A stretch of 64,000 nucleotides of DNA from Candidatus Eiseniibacteriota bacterium. GTDB taxonomy: Bacteria; Eisenbacteria; RBG-16-71-46; JACRLI01. Made by a program: the position numbers and the translations under genes. The notes below the pieces were generated by a model. It worked only from the letters and a program-made list of their open reading frames with translations, made no database searches and was not told the origin of the DNA. Below are positions 42,623 to 51,027 of this stretch, piece by piece. The stretch spans positions 5,066 to 69,065 of the forward strand of contig JANXVU010000133.1 of NCBI GenBank assembly GCA_025351485.1. Reading direction: 5' to 3'. Position 1 is the first letter of the stretch, and each line of letters opens with the position of its first letter.

Positions 42623-43353
42623 ACCTGGACATACTGGTTTTTGGCCCGCACCCCGACGACGCCGAAATCGGCGCCGGCGGTCTGCTGCTTCGCATGAAGT
42701 CCGAGGGAGCCCGCACCGGGATCATCGACATGACCCGCGGCGACATGGGCTGGGGCACGCCCGAGATCCGCGATGCGGAAGGGGCCGAGGCGGCGCGAAT
42801 CCTCAAGCTGGACGCGCGGGAGTCCCTGGACCTGGGAGACTGCCGGGTGGAGAACAACTTCGAGACGCGCTGCAAAGTCGCGCAGGCGATCCGCAAGTAC
42901 CGGCCCAGGATCGTGATGGCGCCCTACTGGGACCTCCCGCCCGGCCGCGGGCTCGGGCACAGCGACCACATGGAGACCGGCCTGGCAGTCTCCCACGGCT
43001 ACAACTACGCCCACCTGAAGAAGATGCCCATCGAGGGAGAGCCTCACCAGGCCAGCGCCATCTACTACTATTTCCTGCCGCCGGGATTGAAGCCGACCTT
43101 CGTCGCCGATGTGTCGGAGTGGGCGGACGAATGGAGGGCCGCCCTGGAGGTCCACACCAGCCAATTCTCGAACCCCGACCGGCCACGCCCGTCGGGCATG
43201 GCCTCCACCAACTTCCTGGACTGGTTCGAAGTGTTCGCCCGGCAGCACGCGTTTTCGATCGGGGCCCGCTACGCGCAGGCTTTCTACTCGGCCGCGCCGC
43301 TAAAGGTGAACAACCCCTTGGCGCTGGTGAAGGACGTGGTGCCTCGCACGTAG
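42619..43353 (+). CDS. PIG-L family N-acetylglucosaminide deacetylase (BshB1-like)
   Basis: MNLDILVFGPHPDDAEIGAGGLLL.., IDMTRGDMG, HSDH. ATGA overlap with the DUF885 stop. Confidence 0.85.
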   Translation: MNLDILVFGPHPDDAEIGAGGLLLRMKSEGARTGIIDMTRGDMGWGTPEIRDAEGAEAARILKLDARESLDLGDCRVENNFETRCKVAQAIRKYRPRIVMAPYWDLPPGRGLGHSDHMETGLAVSHGYNYAHLKKMPIEGEPHQASAIYYYFLPPGLKPTFVADVSEWADEWRAALEVHTSQFSNPDRPRPSGMASTNFLDWFEVFARQHAFSIGARYAQAFYSAAPLKVNNPLALVKDVVPRT

Positions 43354-43362
43354 GAAGAAAAG

Positions 43363-43435
43363 TGACCCGTGTTGGAATCGAACCAACGACTCCCTGCTTA
43401 AAAGGCAGGTGCTCTACCGACTGAGCTAACGGGTC
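43363..43435 (-). tRNA. tRNA-Lys (anticodon UUU)
   Basis: Minus strand reads GACCCGT TA GCTC AGTCGGTA GAGC A CCTGC CTTTTAA GCAGG GAGTC GTTGG TTCGATT CCAAC ACGGGTC A. This is a perfect cloverleaf. CCA is not encoded. Confidence 0.97.
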
Positions 43436-43471
43436 AAGGCTTGATGGAGGCGAATGCGTCGCGGATGCCGA

Positions 43472-43501
43472 ATTGTGGCGGTATCGGCGCCCGCCTGTCA
43501 A
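43472..43501 (-). promoter_or_regulatory. Candidate sigma70-type promoter of tRNA-Lys
   Basis: Minus strand reads TTGACA-18 nt-CACAAT, about 35-40 nt upstream of the mature tRNA 5' end. Confidence 0.4.
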
Positions 43502-43677
43502 CGGCAACGGCCGCCGAACCCCGGGTCGAAAGCCACCTTGACCGATCGCCCCCAAGTGGTGAAACTCCCTTCGTTCCTGCTCGGAATCACTTACGGACGT
43601 ATTCCCCGCCGCCCCGTTGCCCCCCATACCCCGGCGGGCGTTCGTCCCCCGAATTCCCATATCCAGGAGGCTTCTTC

Positions 43678-46600
43678 ATGTCTTTCCGCCGTCTTACCGT
43701 GCTGGCCGCGCTCGCGGCGCTCCTGCTTGGACCGGCCCGGCCGGCCTCCGCCATGGAGGAATGCCGGCTGCTTCGCCAGCCCGACATCGAGGGCAACTGG
43801 ATCGTGTTCGTTTACGCCGGCGACCTGTGGCGCGTGCCCCGCGCGGGCGGCGACGCGGTGCGACTGACCAGCCACGAAGGCGTGGAGCAGTTCCCCAAGA
43901 TTTCTCCCGATGGGCGGTCCGTGGCCTTCACGGCCGAGTACGACGGCAACGTGGACGCCTACACCATGCCGCTTGAGGGCGGGGAGCCCCACCGGCTCAC
44001 CTGGCACCCGGGCATCGACCAGGTCGCCGAGTGGTACCCGGATGGAAGATCCATTCTTCTCCGCTCCGCCCGCGCCTCGGACGTTGGCCGCTACACCCGC
44101 TTCTTCAAGGTTCCAGCGAACGGCGGATTCGAGGAGCTACTGGGACTGCCGACGGCCGGATACGCCACCTTCTCCGCCGACGGCAACCAGATCGCCTACG
44201 TCGCCCCGGCCTATGACAACCGGACCTGGAAGCGCTACAAGGGCGGCAACGCCCCGGACATCTGGCTGTACGACTTCAAGAAGAACACCTCCGAGAAAAT
44301 CACCGACTGGGAGGGCGTGGACGAGTGGCCCATGTGGCACGGCCGCACCATCTACTACTGCTCCGACCGCGACGGCCGCCGCCAAAACATCTGGGCTTAC
44401 GACCTGGACAAGAAGACCCACCGCCAAGTGACCACCTTCAAGGACTACGACGTGAAGTGGCCCAGCGTGGGCTCCGACGCGATTGTCTTCGAGAACGGCG
44501 GCTACCTGTACGTCCTGGACCTGCCCAGCGAAAAAGCGAACAAAATCCGGGTCATGGCCCCCGACGACAAGCCGGCCACCCGGCCCGAATTCCGCAACGT
44601 CGCGGCGCTCCAGGGCGGCTTCGACCTCTCGCCCAACGCCAAGCGCGCGGTGATCGAAGCGCGCGGCGAGATCTTCACCGTGCCGGCCGAGAAGGGCGAC
44701 GTGCGCAACCTCACCCAGAGCCCCGCGAGCCGCGAGCGCAACCCGCAGTGGTCCCCGGACGGAAAGTGGATCGCCTACTTCTCGGACAAGAGCGGCGAGT
44801 ACGAGATCCACGTGTGCGGCAGCGACGGCAAGGCGCCCGACCGCCAGGTAACCCACGGGATCCCGACCTACACGTTCGACCTGGACTGGTCGCCGGACTC
44901 GAAGAAGCTGGTGTTCACCGACCGGGCCCGCCGCCTCTGGTGGTGCGACGCCGCCGGCGGCACGCTGCACCAGGTGGACGGCTCCGATTTTGGCGAGATC
45001 CATCGCTACTCGTGGTCCCCGGACTCCCGCTGGATCGCCTACGCCAAGCAGGTGGAAAGCGGATTCAGCAAGGTGTTCCTGCACTCGCTCGACAGCGGCA
45101 AGTCCACCCAGGTCTCCGCCGACCTGGACAACGACGACTCTCCGGCCTTCGACCCCGAGGGCAAGTACCTGTACCTGATCTCCAGCCGCACCTTCAATCC
45201 ACGCTTCGGAAACCTCGAGTTCAACTTCCAATTTCCGGTCACCGACGGGATCTACGCCGTGGCGCTCCGGGATTCGCTTGGCACTCCGGTCCCGCCGCAA
45301 AGCGACGAGGAGGGCGCGGATGCGTCCCCGGCCGGCGGAGCCAAGGCCGGAGCGGGAGGCAAAGACGCCAAGGACGGCAAGGACGCCAAGGACGCCAAGC
45401 CGGCGGCCGAGGCTCCCCCGACCCGCATCGAGCTCGCAGGCATCAGCTCGCGCCAGACGGCGATGCCGATCAAGGTCGGCAACTTCGCCGGCTTGAGGGC
45501 CTTCAAGGGCAAGCTGCTGTTCTCGGCGCAGCCCGGCGGGGACGACGACGGAGCGCCCGGTCCCAAGGGCCAGCTCAAGATGTTTGATTTCGAGAAACGC
45601 GAAACCAAGACCGTGATCGGCGGCATCTCCAGCTGGGCGCCCAACAAGGACGGCAGCAAGGTCCTGTACAAGGGCGCCGCGGGCATGGGCATCGTGGACG
45701 TGGCCGAGGGCAAGAAGCCGGGCGACGGCAAGATCCCGAACGACAACCTGATGGCCACGGTGAATCCGCGCCAGGAGTGGAACCAGATGTTCAACGAGGC
45801 CTGGCGGCTGGAGCGGGACTTCTACTACGACCCGAAGATGGGCGGACTGGACTGGAAGGCGGTGGGCGAGAGCTACCGCCAGATGATCCCGTACGTGGCC
45901 CACCGCGCCGACATGAACTACATCCTGGGCGAGCTCATCGGTGAACTTTCGACCTCCCACACCTACGTGCAGGGCGGAGAGATGCCGGAAGTGGCCAAGG
46001 TGGCCACCGGACTGCTGGGGGCGGACTACGAACTGGACGCGGCCAGCGGGTTGTACCGGTTCAAGAAGATCTACCGGGCCCGCGACTGGAACTCCGCGGT
46101 GGCCGCTCCGCTGGGCGAGCCGGGCATCCTGGTGCGCGAGGGCGACTACCTGCTCTCGGTGAACGGCCGCAAGCTGAACGCCGGGACCAACGTGTACGCG
46201 GCGTTCGAAGGCACCGTGGATAAACAGACCACCATCGCGGTGGGCTCTTCCGCCGGCGATCCCAAGCCGCGCACCTACGTGGTCAAGCCGGTCGCCAGCG
46301 AGGCCAGCCTGCGCTACACCGCCTGGGTGAACTCGAACCGCGAGAAGGTTGACCGGATGACCGGCGGACGCGTGGCCTACATCCACGTGCCCAACACCGC
46401 CATCGAAGGCGTGCAGGAGTTCAGCAAGCAGTTCTACCCACAGACCGGCAAGGACGCCATCGTGGTGGACGAGCGGTTCAACGGCGGCGGATTCATCCCC
46501 GACTTCTTCGTGGAGAAACTGGGGCGCACCATCGTTTCCTACGCCTCCGGCCGCGACGGTCGCGAGTTCCACGTGCCGGGCCCGGTGATCGAAGGACCGA

Positions 46601-46983
46601 AGTGCATCCTGATCAACCAGTACGCCGGTTCCGGCGGCGACGCCTTCCCGTACTACTTCCGGCTCAAGGGGCTGGGGCCGGTGATCGGCAAGCGCACCTG
46701 GGGCGGCCTGGTGGGCATCTCCCACGGGATTCCGCTGATGGACGGCGGCAGCGTGACCATGCCGGAGTTCGGCATCTGGGGCCTGGACGGCAAGTGGACG
46801 GCTGAAAACCACGGGGTGGACCCGGACATCGACGTGGAGAACACCCCGGATTCCTACGTGTCGGGCCACGACCTGCAGCTGGAACGGGCGGTGCAGTACT
46901 GCCTGGACGAGCTCAAGGCCCACCCGCCGGTCAAGCGCACCCACCCGGCGTTCCCGGTGCAGAAGGTGATGCAGGGCGACTAG
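43678..46983 (+). CDS. Tricorn-type protease homologue (beta-propeller + PDZ + S41 C-terminal peptidase)
   Basis: ATG at 43678 with AGGAGG upstream. Signal peptide MSFRRLTVLAALAALLLGPARPASA, then RQPDIEGNWIVFVYAGDLWRVP..ISPDGRSVAFTAEYDG..YTMP (tricorn N-terminal propeller). The C-terminus has IDERFNGGG..YAGSGGDAFP..GKRTWGG. 1101 aa. Confidence 0.88.
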   Translation: MSFRRLTVLAALAALLLGPARPASAMEECRLLRQPDIEGNWIVFVYAGDLWRVPRAGGDAVRLTSHEGVEQFPKISPDGRSVAFTAEYDGNVDAYTMPLEGGEPHRLTWHPGIDQVAEWYPDGRSILLRSARASDVGRYTRFFKVPANGGFEELLGLPTAGYATFSADGNQIAYVAPAYDNRTWKRYKGGNAPDIWLYDFKKNTSEKITDWEGVDEWPMWHGRTIYYCSDRDGRRQNIWAYDLDKKTHRQVTTFKDYDVKWPSVGSDAIVFENGGYLYVLDLPSEKANKIRVMAPDDKPATRPEFRNVAALQGGFDLSPNAKRAVIEARGEIFTVPAEKGDVRNLTQSPASRERNPQWSPDGKWIAYFSDKSGEYEIHVCGSDGKAPDRQVTHGIPTYTFDLDWSPDSKKLVFTDRARRLWWCDAAGGTLHQVDGSDFGEIHRYSWSPDSRWIAYAKQVESGFSKVFLHSLDSGKSTQVSADLDNDDSPAFDPEGKYLYLISSRTFNPRFGNLEFNFQFPVTDGIYAVALRDSLGTPVPPQSDEEGADASPAGGAKAGAGGKDAKDGKDAKDAKPAAEAPPTRIELAGISSRQTAMPIKVGNFAGLRAFKGKLLFSAQPGGDDDGAPGPKGQLKMFDFEKRETKTVIGGISSWAPNKDGSKVLYKGAAGMGIVDVAEGKKPGDGKIPNDNLMATVNPRQEWNQMFNEAWRLERDFYYDPKMGGLDWKAVGESYRQMIPYVAHRADMNYILGELIGELSTSHTYVQGGEMPEVAKVATGLLGADYELDAASGLYRFKKIYRARDWNSAVAAPLGEPGILVREGDYLLSVNGRKLNAGTNVYAAFEGTVDKQTTIAVGSSAGDPKPRTYVVKPVASEASLRYTAWVNSNREKVDRMTGGRVAYIHVPNTAIEGVQEFSKQFYPQTGKDAIVVDERFNGGGFIPDFFVEKLGRTIVSYASGRDGREFHVPGPVIEGPKCILINQYAGSGGDAFPYYFRLKGLGPVIGKRTWGGLVGISHGIPLMDGGSVTMPEFGIWGLDGKWTAENHGVDPDIDVENTPDSYVSGHDLQLERAVQYCLDELKAHPPVKRTHPAFPVQKVMQGD
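45364..45399 (+). repeat. In-frame 9-nt tandem repeat (4 copies) inside a low-complexity linker of the tricorn gene
   Basis: GACGCCAAG GACGGCAAG GACGCCAAG GACGCCAAG encodes DAK-DGK-DAK-DAK within ..GADASPAGGAKAGAGGKDAKDGKDAKDAKPAAEAPP.. Confidence 0.9.
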
Positions 46984-47007
46984 CCGGCTCCTGGAGCAAG
47001 ATAGAAA

Positions 47008-47048
47008 AGCCCCGTTCCCTTTCGGGAGCGGGGCTCTCTTCCATTTCG
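47008..47048. terminator. Bidirectional intrinsic terminator between the convergent tricorn and EVE genes
   Basis: AGCCCCGTTCCC-TTTC-GGGAGCGGGGCT is a stem of 11-12 bp with one G-U pair. It is flanked by GAAAA on the 5' side and CTCTCTTCCATTT on the 3' side. Confidence 0.7.
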
Positions 47049-47087
47049 GGCGCGAGGCCGGAACCGCAGGGTCCGGAGGCGGGGAAG

Positions 47088-47549
47088 CTATTTTGCGATC
47101 ACCCCACCGGTGAGCTTCTCCACGGCCTTCCACTGCTTCTCCGTGACCGGCACGAAGGACAGGCGGCTGTTCTTGAACAGGTCCCAGCCTTCCAGGGCCG
47201 GGGCCTCGCGCAACGCCGCCAGGTCCACCGGGGTCCTCACCGCCCCCACTAATTCCACATCCACCACCGCCAGTTTGGGATCGTTCTTTTCCGGGTCGGG
47301 ATGCGGCCCCTTCACGATGCGGATAACCCCCACGATCCGGCGCTCATCGCCGGTGTGGTAGAACAGCCCCAGGTCGCCTTTGGCGGCCTTTCGCAGATGA
47401 ATCAACGCGAGCGCGTTGGTGATGCCGCTCCAGGTGGTCCTGCGATCCTTATGCATCTGCTCCCAGGAGTAGCTCCCGGGCTCGGTCTTGAGCAGCCAGT
47501 AGTTCAGGAACGGCTCCCGGCCACGGCAAAACGGATGTCCCGCAGCCAC
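47088..47549 (-). CDS. EVE (PUA-like) domain protein
   Basis: ..NYWLLKTEPGSYSWEQMHKDRRTTWSGITNALALIHLRKAAKGDLGLFYHTG.. is the typical EVE N-terminus. The start is uncertain. ATG at 47549 overlaps purA by 46 nt. CTG at 47507 forms a CTGA junction with the purA stop and would give the canonical (M)NYWLLK start. Confidence 0.8.
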   Translation of the reverse strand: MAAGHPFCRGREPFLNYWLLKTEPGSYSWEQMHKDRRTTWSGITNALALIHLRKAAKGDLGLFYHTGDERRIVGVIRIVKGPHPDPEKNDPKLAVVDVELVGAVRTPVDLAALREAPALEGWDLFKNSRLSFVPVTEKQWKAVEKLTGGVIAK

Positions 47550-48811
47550 AGGGTGGCCTCGCGGTCCTTGCCCACGGAGACCAGCGCGAGTGGCGCCCCG
47601 GAGACTTCCGAAAGGCGGTCCAGGTAGCGGCGGGCCTCCGCCGGCAACTCGTCCCAGCTGCGCGCGCCGGAGGTGGGAGTGCTCCAGCCGGGCCAGTCCT
47701 CGTACACCGGCTCGGCGTGCTCGAAATCTTCCATATCATAGGGCAGTTCGGTCAGCAGCCGGCCGTCCACCTTGTAGGCGTTGCAGATCCGCAGCACCGG
47801 CATGCCGTCCGGCACATCCAGCTTGGTGATCCCGAGGGTCTCCAGGCCGTTGGTGCGGACGGCGTGGCGCACGGCCACGGCGTCGTACCAGCCGCAGCGC
47901 CTGGGGCGGCCGGTGGTGGAGCCGAACTCGGCCCCGACCTTGCGCAGAAGCTCGCCCACTTCGTCGGTCAACTCGGAAGGAAACGGCCCATTCCCCACCC
48001 GCGTGCAGTAGGCCTTGGCCACGCCGGTCACCCCGGTGATGCACATGGGACCCAGGCCGACGCCGGTGAGCGCGCCGCCCGAGACGGTGCTGGAACTGGT
48101 CACGTAGGGATACGTGCCATGGTCCAGGTCCAGCATGGTGCCCTGGGCTCCCTCCAGGATCACCCGCTGCCCCTGGTCCAACGCGGTGTTCACCTCCCGA
48201 CTCACGTCGCACACGTATTCGGCCAGGATGCGCCCGTACCCGACGTATTCGGCCACCACCGCGTCCACGTCCACTCCCGGCGGCGACTGTTGCCCGGTGG
48301 GGTCCACCAGCATCTTCACCCGCGACTCCACGCGGCGGCGCAACCGCTCGGGATGCATCAGATCCGAGAGCCGCACTCCCATTCGCCCGCTCTTGTCCCG
48401 GTAGGTCGGGCCGATGGCCCGGCCGGCGGTGCCGATGCGGCCCACGCCGAGGGCCGTCTCCTCCATCTGCTCCAGCCAGCGGTGGTAGGGCAGGGTGACG
48501 TGCGCCGCAGGGCTGATGCCAAGCCGGCCCTTCAGGGAGATGCCGGCGTCTTCCACCTGGGCCATCTCCTCGAACAGGTTGGGCGGATCGATCACCACGC
48601 CGTTGCCCAGCAGGCATCGCTTGCCGGCTCTCAATATTCCGGAGGGCAGCAGGTGCAGGATGAATTGCTTACCGGCGATCACCACCGTGTGACCGGCGTT
48701 GGCGCCGCCCTGGTAGCGCACCACCAGGTCCGCGCCCTCGGAGAGCAGGTCCACGATCTTGCCTTTGCCTTCATCGCCCCACTGGGCGCCCACCACGATC
48801 TGACAGGGCAC
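47504..48811 (-). CDS. purA: Adenylosuccinate synthase
   Basis: GTG at 48811 with GGAAGGA upstream. VVGAQWGDEGKGKIVD, YQGGANAGHTV, GTTGRGIGP-like TAGRAIGPTY, and the C-terminal TGRPRRCGW. Confidence 0.93.
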   Translation of the reverse strand: MPCQIVVGAQWGDEGKGKIVDLLSEGADLVVRYQGGANAGHTVVIAGKQFILHLLPSGILRAGKRCLLGNGVVIDPPNLFEEMAQVEDAGISLKGRLGISPAAHVTLPYHRWLEQMEETALGVGRIGTAGRAIGPTYRDKSGRMGVRLSDLMHPERLRRRVESRVKMLVDPTGQQSPPGVDVDAVVAEYVGYGRILAEYVCDVSREVNTALDQGQRVILEGAQGTMLDLDHGTYPYVTSSSTVSGGALTGVGLGPMCITGVTGVAKAYCTRVGNGPFPSELTDEVGELLRKVGAEFGSTTGRPRRCGWYDAVAVRHAVRTNGLETLGITKLDVPDGMPVLRICNAYKVDGRLLTELPYDMEDFEHAEPVYEDWPGWSTPTSGARSWDELPAEARRYLDRLSEVSGAPLALVSVGKDREATLWLRDIRFAVAGSRS

Positions 48812-48822
48812 GGAGTCCTTCC

Positions 48823-49791
48823 CTAGTTGCCTTCGGCCAGGCCGAGGTCGGCCAGGTTGACCGAATTGCGGATACCCTTGCCCTGGAGCGCGTCGCGCAC
48901 CTGTTCGGCAATGAGAACGGAAACGTTTTCCTGCGCCTCCACAGTGGATGCGCCCAGGTGCGGCGTGGCGATGACGTTGGGCAGGGTCAGGAGCGGACTT
49001 CCCTCCGGCGGTTCCTTTTCGAACACATCCAGCGCCGCGCCCCCGAGGTGCCCGCTCTTCAGGGCCTCGAACAGCGCCGCCTCGTCCAGCACGCCGCCGC
49101 GCGAGACCTGGATGAGCTTGGCGCCCTTCTTCATCAGCGCGAACTGCGGCGCGCCCAGGAAGCCGCGCGTCTCCCTGCTCATGGGCACGTGCAGGCTCAC
49201 GAAATCGGATCGTCGCAGCAGGTCGTCCAGCGTGACCCACTCGTTGGCCGGGCCCGCCGACTGCTGGGTGCGGTAGGGATCGAACGCCAGCACCTTCATT
49301 TCAAAGGCGCGGGCCCGCACCGCGAGCGCTTCGCCGATGCGGCCGAAGCCGATCACGCCCAGGGTCTTGGCGTTGAGCTCCTCGCCGGCGAACGAGGTGC
49401 GTTCCCACCGCCCGGCCTTGAGCGAGGCGTGGGCCTGCGGAATGTGGCGCGCGAGCGCCGCCATGAGCGCAAACGTCAGCTCGGCAGCGGAAACCGTGTT
49501 GGCGCCCGGGACGTTCATGACGATCACGCGCCGGCGCGATGCCGCCTGCACGTCCACGTTGTCGATGCCGGTGCCGGCGCGCCCGATCACGCGCAGCCGC
49601 GGCGCGCCATCGATCAGCTCCGCGGTGGCCTTGGTGGCGCTGCGTACCACCCAGCCCTCGGCCTCCTGCAGCGGAGCCTTCAGTTCCTCGGGCTTCTTGC
49701 CGGTCAGATAGTCCACCGTGAAACCGGATTCGCGCAGCAGCGCGAGCCCCTGCTCGGACATGGGGTCGGAGACCAGGATTCGGGCGCTCAT
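48823..49791 (-). CDS. serA: D-3-phosphoglycerate dehydrogenase, short form (no ACT domain)
   Basis: MSARILVSDPMSE.., GVIGFGRIGEALA (NAD fold), SLHVP, VSRGGVLDE, ATPHLGAST. 322 aa. ATGA overlap with the upstream stop. Confidence 0.85.
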   Translation of the reverse strand: MSARILVSDPMSEQGLALLRESGFTVDYLTGKKPEELKAPLQEAEGWVVRSATKATAELIDGAPRLRVIGRAGTGIDNVDVQAASRRRVIVMNVPGANTVSAAELTFALMAALARHIPQAHASLKAGRWERTSFAGEELNAKTLGVIGFGRIGEALAVRARAFEMKVLAFDPYRTQQSAGPANEWVTLDDLLRRSDFVSLHVPMSRETRGFLGAPQFALMKKGAKLIQVSRGGVLDEAALFEALKSGHLGGAALDVFEKEPPEGSPLLTLPNVIATPHLGASTVEAQENVSVLIAEQVRDALQGKGIRNSVNLADLGLAEGN

Positions 49792-50948
49792 ACGGCCGCC
49801 GATTCGCGGTGGGCGGATTTCGCAAACACCTGCTGGGCGGCCGAAAGCCCCGCCCCCGAAGTGAGTCCGTGGCCCAGGGAGGCCAGCGTGTCTTCCAGCG
49901 CGCCCACCACCGCCAGGATGTCCCCGGCGGAGTAAAGACCCAGGTGGCCGATCCGGAAGATCCTGCCCTTGAGCGAGTCCTGCCCGTTCGCCAGGCGCAT
50001 GCCGTGGCGCTTCAGGAGCGTCTTGATGATGGCGTCCGAGGTGATCCCCTCCGGGGCCAGCACCGTGGTGAGCGCCTCGGAGGAAACGCTGGGATAAATC
50101 GAAAGGCCCAGCGCTTTCATGGCCGCCCGGGTGGCCGCGCCGTTGGCGGCGTGGCGCGCCCACACATTCTCGATCCCTTCCTCTTCGATCAGCTCGATCG
50201 CCACCACCAGCGATCGCACCAGGGAGATGGCCGGGGTGAACGGCGTGTCGCCGCCGGCGTCCCAGCTCTTGAGCGCCTTGTTGAAGTCGAAGTAGAAGCG
50301 AGGGGTTTTGGAAGCGGCGGCGATGGCCCGCGCGCGGGCGCTGACCGAGACGAATCCCAGGCCCGGCGCCATCATGAAGCCCTTTTGCGAGCCACCCACC
50401 ACCATGTCCAGGCCCCAGTCCTTCGTTCGAAGCTCCATGGCGCCGACGCTGGTGATGCCGTCCACCACGAAGGGCACGTCGAATTCCCGGGCCACGGCGG
50501 CCAGCGCCTTGACGTCGTGGCGCGCGCCGGTCGAGGTCTCGCTGTGGGTGCCGAAGAGAACCTTGGTCCCGGGGTTGGCCTTGAGCGCCTTGCGCACCGC
50601 GTCGGGATCGGCCACCTGGCCCCACTCCACTTCCACGGCGGTCACCTCCGCGCCGTAGGCCTTGGCGATGTTCATCCAGCGGTCGGCGAACTTGCCGCCG
50701 CGGATCACCATGACCGGATCGCCCGGGGAGAACATGTTGACGGTCGCCCCTTCCATGGCCCCGGAGCCGGAACAGCACAGGATCAGCACCGAATCGTCGG
50801 TCTGGAAGATCCGCTGCAGCCCCTCGCCGGCCTTCTTCATTTCGGCGCGGAACTCGGGGGTGCGGTGGTGGATCAGCGGACGGGCTTCGGCCTGCAGGAT
50901 CAGCGGAGAAGCCTCCACCGGCCCGGGTGTGTACAGTTTCTCTTTCAT
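49788..50948 (-). CDS. Class V aminotransferase (AGXT/serine-pyruvate type; probable phosphoserine aminotransferase role)
   Basis: MKEKLYTPGPVEASPLIL.., HSETSTGARHD, VDGITSVGA, GGSQKGFMMAPGLG (PLP Lys context). 386 aa. Confidence 0.8.
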   Translation of the reverse strand: MKEKLYTPGPVEASPLILQAEARPLIHHRTPEFRAEMKKAGEGLQRIFQTDDSVLILCCSGSGAMEGATVNMFSPGDPVMVIRGGKFADRWMNIAKAYGAEVTAVEVEWGQVADPDAVRKALKANPGTKVLFGTHSETSTGARHDVKALAAVAREFDVPFVVDGITSVGAMELRTKDWGLDMVVGGSQKGFMMAPGLGFVSVSARARAIAAASKTPRFYFDFNKALKSWDAGGDTPFTPAISLVRSLVVAIELIEEEGIENVWARHAANGAATRAAMKALGLSIYPSVSSEALTTVLAPEGITSDAIIKTLLKRHGMRLANGQDSLKGRIFRIGHLGLYSAGDILAVVGALEDTLASLGHGLTSGAGLSAAQQVFAKSAHRESAAV

Positions 50949-51027
50949 GTTTTGGGTTCCTTTCGGCGCGCAGTATAGCAGAAAGAAACGGCCGGGTGGC
51001 CAGCCGGATCGGCGGGCGCGGACCGTC

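Noticed and set aside
43354-43677. tRNA-Lys as a possible integration hotspot or island boundary
   Set aside because: No integrase, no visible direct repeat of the tRNA 3' end, and no compositional change. The flanking genes are housekeeping.
45364-45399. Possible CRISPR-like or regulatory repeat
   Set aside because: It is an in-frame 9-nt codon repeat inside a coding region, with no spacers. No CRISPR array exists anywhere in the window.
44137-47133. 998-aa minus-strand ORF
   Set aside because: It is antisense to the well-supported tricorn protease gene and runs across the terminator region. The sequence is compositionally biased and has no motifs or SD.
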